Below are positions 58,287-64,000 of a stretch of DNA of 64,000 bases, one piece after another (position 1 is the stretch's first letter; every line of letters begins with the position of its first letter). The position numbers were made by a program, and so were the translations under genes. The stretch spans positions 64,001-128,000 of the forward strand of contig CAYOYV010000003.1 of NCBI GenBank assembly GCA_964408285.1, in the 5' to 3' direction. A model generated the notes under the pieces. It worked only from the letters and a program-made list of their open reading frames with translations, had not been told where the DNA came from and made no database searches. Origin of the DNA: an uncultured Nitrososphaerota archaeon (GTDB lineage: Archaea; Thermoproteota; EX4484-205; JAAOZO01).

Positions 58287-58409
58287 CTAAATGGGTGATG
58301 AACATCTAGCGAATAAGTCTTTCCATCTTGCGATCAGGGGCCGCGCCGGCTTTCTCAGCTCCTCAGGAATGGCAAGGGCTTTTGCATACCCCTATAGTCT
58401 CGAGCGCCC

Positions 58410-59765
58410 CTATGGACTCCTATCATATCCCTTCTCCTTCATATTTGTCAGTGACGAATAATACTCCCTATCGAATCTCTGCAATTCCTCAGGGGGATTG
58501 CTCTTCGACCAACTCTGAGCCGTCCTCCAAATGCGTGCGTGACTGATTAAGGCAGCCTGGATATCCTCGGCTTTGGGTACGACTGTGTGATATCCAGGCA
58601 ATCCCATCGAACCGTAGTGACACCATAGCCCAACGGAGTTGCTGATCTGATGTTGGCTAACGCTGTATCGGAGGAAAGTATCCCTCTCAAGTCCATCGCG
58701 GCCGGCCTCTCCACTCAGGACGTAATCAGCATAGCAATAAACAAAGGGAGGGTAGACTCGGCACGTTCCATAGGGTTCGGTGCTCGAATGTAGGTAAAGC
58801 AATCTTTCTCCCAAGATAGCCCTCGCTTGTCGCACCATGTAGTAGGCTGGCCGAAAGTCCTCACGATGGCCACACCAACCATCAAAATATAGGCCATCAA
58901 CGCCGAATTCACTCAAGATCCTTTTCATCTCATATGATAGATCAGGAGCATTTGAGTAATAGGGACTGAAATACACAATGAACTTCATACCGAGCCTGTG
59001 AGCAGAATCCCGTACTCTTGCGAATTCGCCCGGGTCTCGCGGTACTGGGTGGTCCGTCTCCCACGGCCTCGGACGTGGATAGCTGGCACCAGGAGGATTT
59101 TCAGCCCATTCAGGTTCATCAGCAGCCCAGGCTTCGTGAATGGTGAAAACCTTGCAGTGTCTGCCATCTCCCTCGATTATCTCCGTTGAAGGATACGGCT
59201 CTTGAGAGCTTCCCTCATGTGCAACAGATTCATAGTATCTTTCCATATTTCGTTCGCGAGGAGGACAGATCGACAGCCAGAGCTCATCCCATCTCCCGAT
59301 GTGAATCGATAGAGCAGATTCATTCGATTTCGTGGTCGAGAGTTCAGTGGGTCTGCAAGGTATTCCAAAGAATCCGCAACCCCCATAGTTATCGAGAAGA
59401 AGTCTATTTCCCTTCACTTCCTGAGAATAGCAGGGGCTGAAGTGAAAATCGAATCGCAATCTGAGGCTCTGCTGAGGTGTCAGGATTATGCAAGAATCTC
59501 CCTGAACCTTGAGGGTCAAACCATTTCCCCTCAGAACGACCCTGAAGGGTGTCTGCTTGTAGATTCGCAGTGGCATCAAGTGTTTAGGCAGTTGACAGCT
59601 TAGCAGCCTTCTCCGACTGCCTATGAGTTGTTCCATCTCAAGCATTCCCTGATTATCCAGTGCAAGTGAGGCCCCTGTCGATCGGATCAGTATGCCTCTT
59701 GACCCGGATCTGGCCTCCTCAATACGCATTCCCATAAGGACTTGCTCTTCCGTATATGGTTCCAC
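58410..59765 (-). CDS. Putative glycoside hydrolase-like TIM-barrel protein
   Basis: AHRLGMKFIVYFSPYY, GVDGLYFDGW, LYLHSS. Confidence 0.55.
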   Translation of the reverse strand: MEPYTEEQVLMGMRIEEARSGSRGILIRSTGASLALDNQGMLEMEQLIGSRRRLLSCQLPKHLMPLRIYKQTPFRVVLRGNGLTLKVQGDSCIILTPQQSLRLRFDFHFSPCYSQEVKGNRLLLDNYGGCGFFGIPCRPTELSTTKSNESALSIHIGRWDELWLSICPPRERNMERYYESVAHEGSSQEPYPSTEIIEGDGRHCKVFTIHEAWAADEPEWAENPPGASYPRPRPWETDHPVPRDPGEFARVRDSAHRLGMKFIVYFSPYYSNAPDLSYEMKRILSEFGVDGLYFDGWCGHREDFRPAYYMVRQARAILGERLLYLHSSTEPYGTCRVYPPFVYCYADYVLSGEAGRDGLERDTFLRYSVSQHQISNSVGLWCHYGSMGLPGYHTVVPKAEDIQAALISHARIWRTAQSWSKSNPPEELQRFDREYYSSLTNMKEKGYDRSP

Positions 59766-59832
59766 GGAATTTCAGGGGTAGCCTCTCAGAATATAAGACT
59801 AATCTGAGGCAATTCAGCACGCGGAATCCTTG

Positions 59833-60720
59833 TCAAAGGGCCTTGAATTTGCTTCCATGAAGAACAACCCTGTGCACGATCCTTTCGTCCTGTAACGGCT
59901 CATCTGGCTTTGATTCTGCGATCACTTCGACGTAGTTTTCCAAAGGTCCGCCAAATATCTTCTTGAAGAGGGTTTCTTGGATCTGGAAGATGCCTGCACT
60001 ATTGGACATCTTGATATGAATTCCTATTGGGCAATCGGTTCCTTTTTCGATCTTGACCTCTTCTATGCTCAAGGCAGACACTGTGTGAATGTTGACATTG
60101 CCGCTGTCGAAGGCCATTCTTCCGCGACCTTTTGTCATATCGGTTCCATCGCTTATGCCGATAAGGGCTGCCTCAGTTGTCAGATCTCTGACTTCGAATT
60201 CGTGCGAGTATATACATCCAAGTATGTGGCTTCTGATTTCATACATCAACTCCGCATCTTCGTAGATCTCTGGGAGAAGACGATCAAGAATCGGTATCGC
60301 GAGGTACACCCCATGAAGATTGTGATGTTCCCTATGAACTTGATTGCCAATATCATGCAGTAGGCCTCCAGCGAGTACGACGAGGAATTGATCATCCAAA
60401 TCCCCAGCCTTTAGTCTGACTATGTCACCTACAAAGCCATGCTCATCGAGTAATTGCATCATTCTAAGTGCATTAGCTGCAACGATCTTCATGTGGATCT
60501 CTCCATGATCGTTGAAGTGAAGCATAGACACCGCTATGTAATTCGACATATCCCAGTCCGCGTTTACCTCAGCATCTTGCTGCATCAGCAACCAAAGCTT
60601 CATGGCTTTTGGCTTGCTCTGAAGGACATTCGTTATCTCTGATTCGGCTGCATGTTTGAGCTTGTCATAGCTCTCAGGGAGCTCAAGTTCGAATCCTTTT
60701 CCGGTAGCTATCTTGACCAT
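59833..60720 (-). CDS. HD-domain phosphohydrolase
   Basis: HFNDHGEIH, LLHDIGN, YSH, SDGTD; start set at ATG 60720. Confidence 0.8.
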   Translation of the reverse strand: MVKIATGKGFELELPESYDKLKHAAESEITNVLQSKPKAMKLWLLMQQDAEVNADWDMSNYIAVSMLHFNDHGEIHMKIVAANALRMMQLLDEHGFVGDIVRLKAGDLDDQFLVVLAGGLLHDIGNQVHREHHNLHGVYLAIPILDRLLPEIYEDAELMYEIRSHILGCIYSHEFEVRDLTTEAALIGISDGTDMTKGRGRMAFDSGNVNIHTVSALSIEEVKIEKGTDCPIGIHIKMSNSAGIFQIQETLFKKIFGGPLENYVEVIAESKPDEPLQDERIVHRVVLHGSKFKAL

Positions 60721-60854
60721 TTGAAATCGGATATCGCCATCAACTGCTACTATAAATCGATTATCACGGGCTGTAGTCCGACAATGATATTGGATCCGCA
60801 TAGTAGGTAATGCTTAATTGCCTAACTCAGAACTGATGACGGCAATATAGGATA

Positions 60855-61934
60855 TTGGATCGAAGATCTAGTGTCACCATTGCTACAAAGAAGTTGAGTA
60901 AGGGCTCCACTGCATCGTTCTCAGGCCACGGAAGGGTGACGGTGACAAGTGGCAGAGTCGAGGTCTTTGGCGCCACTCTTGCAGTCAAGAGCAGTTTCCG
61001 GGTAAGGCTAGGTCGCCAAATGCCTGCATTCGCAAGGGATGAAAGTGCTTCTCTAGAGATAGCAGGTCGCATCAAATTCTTTATCAGCCATGGAGACCCC
61101 TTACCTTCTTCTTGGAGAAAGATACCTGATTTATTCCTGTTCAGGAACATGCCCACTGTAATGGTTCTGGGTCCGGTAGACTCAGGTAAGAGCTCCTTCT
61201 GCACATTTCTCGCGAACACGGCGTTGAATGTCTCAAACAATGTCGGACTGGTCGACGGAGATCTTGGTCAGGCCGATATGGGCCCACCAGGGTGCATCTC
61301 AGCTGGATTGGCAACCAAGCAGTTCACGGACCTGAGGCAAATAAGACCCGTTTACACTGGATTCGTAGGTGCCATCTCTCCCTCGCTTGATGTCAATGGT
61401 TGCATTGAACAACTCAGAAGGTCTGTCCAAGTCATCCGTTCGTTCTCACCTTTTTACCTTCTCATCAACACGGATGGTTGGGTTGACTCGGAGGGATTGA
61501 AGCACAAGAGATCGGTGGTCGATGAGATAATGCCGGATACTCTAGTCTACATAGATGCCAGCCAAGCATCGAACCTGAATTCGCTCGGCAGAGAGATAGT
61601 CACTGTGGAACGCCCGGCCAACGTCTTGAGAAGAGGGCCAGAAATCAGGGCGAGAGCCAGACTGGCCAATCTCATGCGATTCTTCAGGGGAAGCCAATTG
61701 AAGTCTATACCAAGGGAAAAGATCGAAGGGAGGGATTTCTGCGAGCCGGAAGAAGGGGCATTGGTCGGATTCTATGAATCTGGCAACTTCGTTGGTCTTG
61801 GACTCTGTGAGGGCAGGTCCAATAAGGATTCCCTAGCGATTCACACAAATGTGGAACACTATCAAATCGTCAGAATAGGCAAGTCGGCCATACCGGAGCT
61901 GCTTGATATCTTGAAGAGAACGAGAGGGTACTAG
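60855..61934 (+). CDS. Clp1/Grc3-like polynucleotide 5'-hydroxyl kinase
   Basis: GPVDSGKSS P-loop, DGDLGQADMGPPG, INTDGW. Confidence 0.85.
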   Translation: MDRRSSVTIATKKLSKGSTASFSGHGRVTVTSGRVEVFGATLAVKSSFRVRLGRQMPAFARDESASLEIAGRIKFFISHGDPLPSSWRKIPDLFLFRNMPTVMVLGPVDSGKSSFCTFLANTALNVSNNVGLVDGDLGQADMGPPGCISAGLATKQFTDLRQIRPVYTGFVGAISPSLDVNGCIEQLRRSVQVIRSFSPFYLLINTDGWVDSEGLKHKRSVVDEIMPDTLVYIDASQASNLNSLGREIVTVERPANVLRRGPEIRARARLANLMRFFRGSQLKSIPREKIEGRDFCEPEEGALVGFYESGNFVGLGLCEGRSNKDSLAIHTNVEHYQIVRIGKSAIPELLDILKRTRGY

Positions 61935-62968
61935 AAAGTCTGTTCCATGAAGCCTATCAGTTCATGATCCAGAGGTCTTGTACCTGCAAGTCCTTCGACA
62001 ATCTCAATGTCCGCGATTCTTGTTCCCCGCAGCACTACCATCCTTCCGAATCTCCTCTGATGAGCAAGTTCAGCGGCGAGAAGCCCGAATCTAGTTGCCA
62101 ACACCCTGTCAAACGCTATAGGTTTCCGGCCTCTGATTATGTGTCCCGGGATGACAGCTCTGGTCTCGTAACCAGTCTGTTCTTCTATCTCCTTCGCAAG
62201 GAATTCTCCAATGCCACCAAGCATCACATTTCCGAATTGGTCCCTTTTAACATCCCTGGTAATGGCCCCCGCATAATCCATTATTAGGGCGCCCTCCGCA
62301 ACAACAATCAGAAGAGAGGCTTTTCCCCCCGCCTTTTTCTTCTTTATGAAGTCTATGACCTCTGGGATTCTGAAGGGTTTCTCCGGCACCAATATAAGGT
62401 CCGCACCTGCGGCAATCCCGGAATAGGCCGCTATCCACCCTGCGTTCCTTCCCATGATCTCAGCAACCATTATTCTCTCATGGGAAGCACCGGTTGTTCT
62501 CAAATTATCTAGGGCATCTGCTGCCTCCTCAACCGCAGTGAGGAATCCAAATGTGAAGTCCGTTCCGGGGACATCATTGTCTATGGTCTTTGGAACGCCT
62601 ATGACACTTACTCCCATTTCGACAAGTTTCTTCGCAACGCTGAGCGTGTCGTCTCCGCCCACTGCTATAAGGCAGTCAAGATTCAGTTTGGTCATGTTCT
62701 CCAATATCTTCCCAATACCGCCAGGGCTTTTCAGAGGGTTAGTTCTCGACGTAAGCAGGATCGTTCCCGCTTGATCCATGATATCTCCCACGTCGTCGTA
62801 TCTGAGGTTGACCGTTTCGACATTGTCTAGCAATCCATTCCAGCCTCTTCTGATCCCGATGACCTGGTGGCCGAGGTCACCTGCCCTCTTGACCACTGCT
62901 CTAATGACAGCATTTAGTCCTGGTGCGTCTCCACCTCCTGTGAGAATCCCAATTCGCATATTCTTCAA
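61931..62968 (-). CDS. pfp: 6-phosphofructokinase, PfkA family, probably PPi-dependent
   Basis: TGGGDAPG, GGDDT, PKTIDND, MGRNAG. Confidence 0.85.
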   Translation of the reverse strand: MKNMRIGILTGGGDAPGLNAVIRAVVKRAGDLGHQVIGIRRGWNGLLDNVETVNLRYDDVGDIMDQAGTILLTSRTNPLKSPGGIGKILENMTKLNLDCLIAVGGDDTLSVAKKLVEMGVSVIGVPKTIDNDVPGTDFTFGFLTAVEEAADALDNLRTTGASHERIMVAEIMGRNAGWIAAYSGIAAGADLILVPEKPFRIPEVIDFIKKKKAGGKASLLIVVAEGALIMDYAGAITRDVKRDQFGNVMLGGIGEFLAKEIEEQTGYETRAVIPGHIIRGRKPIAFDRVLATRFGLLAAELAHQRRFGRMVVLRGTRIADIEIVEGLAGTRPLDHELIGFMEQTF

Positions 62969-63079
62969 AGCACAATCAAGCCAAGTCGTTGGGAGGATTT
63001 ATCCTTAAGCCCGCGAATTGAGATCATTCTCAGGGCGATGCCCGGATGAACCTCGCGAAAGAACTAAAAGCGATTTGGT

Positions 63080-63886
63080 GTGCCCTTCTACATGGTCGGC
63101 TGGGTGCTATTGGATTTAGATGGGGTCATATACAGGGGGGATTCGCCCATCGAAGGATCCAGAGAGGCCATAGAGTCCCTCAATCGCAACGGCTTCAAAA
63201 CTAGATACCTGACCAACAATGCCACACTGACCGGAGAGGAATTCGGCCAGAAGTTGGCCAGAATGGGAATCAGAGTCAGGGCAGATGACATCTTGACCTC
63301 GGGGAAAGCTGCCTCGATGTACCTGAAGGAAAGAAAAGGCCAGTTGCTCATCTATCCTGTCGGAAGTAAGGCGCTTGAGTTCGAGTTAAGGCAGCAAGGT
63401 CACAGAATAGTGGATTGGAGAGAAGCGCAAGCGGTCGTGGTATGCCTTGATTTCAATTTTGACTATGCCAAGTTGGCGAACTCGTCAAGCGCCATTAGAA
63501 ACGGAGCTCTTTTCGTGGCAACCAACAGGGATTCGGTCATCCCGGTGGAGGGGGGCCTAATTCCTGGAGCAGGGGCGATCATATCGGCAATAGAAGAAGC
63601 TTCAGGCGCAAGGGCCATGTCAATAGGCAAGCCTGAGACGGAAATTTTCTCAATCGGGTCTCGAATCTGGGGGCTCTCGGAGAAGGACGCAATAGTAGTA
63701 GGAGATAGACTAGATACGGACATGGCGCTAGGGAATAGAATTGGAGCCATCACAGCCCTTGTCCTTACGGGATTCACCTCCTCCTCTGATGTAACCCTGG
63801 CCAAGTCTTCAGAGGAAGTGCCCAAGTATGTTTTCAAGAATCTCAGGGGATTCTCTGAATCCCTCATAGAAGGAAAAATCGTTTAA
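63080..63886 (+). CDS. HAD-IIA (NagD-like) phosphatase
   Basis: LDLDGVIY, LTNN, GKP, VGDRLDTD. Confidence 0.88.
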   Translation: MPFYMVGWVLLDLDGVIYRGDSPIEGSREAIESLNRNGFKTRYLTNNATLTGEEFGQKLARMGIRVRADDILTSGKAASMYLKERKGQLLIYPVGSKALEFELRQQGHRIVDWREAQAVVVCLDFNFDYAKLANSSSAIRNGALFVATNRDSVIPVEGGLIPGAGAIISAIEEASGARAMSIGKPETEIFSIGSRIWGLSEKDAIVVGDRLDTDMALGNRIGAITALVLTGFTSSSDVTLAKSSEEVPKYVFKNLRGFSESLIEGKIV

Positions 63887-63910
63887 TTTCTGCCTTCGTT
63901 CCTTGCAAGG

Positions 63911-64000
63911 ATGGCAAAGCCCGAAGTCAGGGCTAGAATAAGGGTCTTCGGTCGAGTCCAAGGCGTTTTCTTCCGACAGAATGCCCTGCGCTATGCCATG
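63911..64000 (+). CDS. acyP: Acylphosphatase (3'-truncated by window edge)
   Basis: MAKPEVRARIRVFGRVQGVFFRQ translated by hand. Confidence 0.85.
   Translation, partial: MAKPEVRARIRVFGRVQGVFFRQNALRYAM

Noticed and set aside
60684-60696. GTTCGAATCC T-loop-like word
   Set aside because: Inside the HD-domain CDS, with no T-stem or cloverleaf.
1-64000. Mobile elements, CRISPR arrays, rRNA/tRNA genes, defence systems
   Set aside because: No transposase, integrase, cas gene, repeat-spacer array or RNA gene signature seen by eye; a tRNAscan/Infernal run would be needed to exclude small RNAs.

Overview
Gene-dense, mostly housekeeping chromosomal segment of an archaeon. A TACK/Thermoproteota-like lineage is likely, given PolB2, Nre, Topo VI, a single-OB-fold SSB, a PPi-type PFK and TATA boxes about 20-28 nt upstream of start codons; the exact taxon cannot be fixed from sequence alone. 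About 55 CDS: a RadA-like/small protein/PolB2 triad, lysA, a dipeptide epimerase, an RNase J-like nuclease, PAC2-Hsp20-Nre, valS, surE, rhomboid, cofD with a nitroreductase, an HDAC-family enzyme, a large surface protein, glycosyltransferases, ridA/ilvA, an SH3-NlpC/P60 peptidase, an ECF-S/DUF4430 fusion, GH106 and BNR hydrolases, a Ddl-like ligase, membrane-tethered regulators, sufS-sufU, hypFCDE, a class I aldolase, top6BA-ssb, htrA, a Clp1 kinase, PFK and acyP. No rRNA, tRNA, CRISPR array or transposase was seen. The top hypothesis is a dispersed cytoplasmic route for salvaging bacterial peptidoglycan stem peptides (YkfC-like peptidase, YkfB-like epimerase, LysA). Also noted: an internally deleted PIG-L pseudogene missing from the ORF track, a fused putative B12 ECF transporter, a Top6A with DxD changed to DxN, several apparent pseudoenzymes, and a symmetric shared TATA box. 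All family calls are by motif recognition, without database searches.
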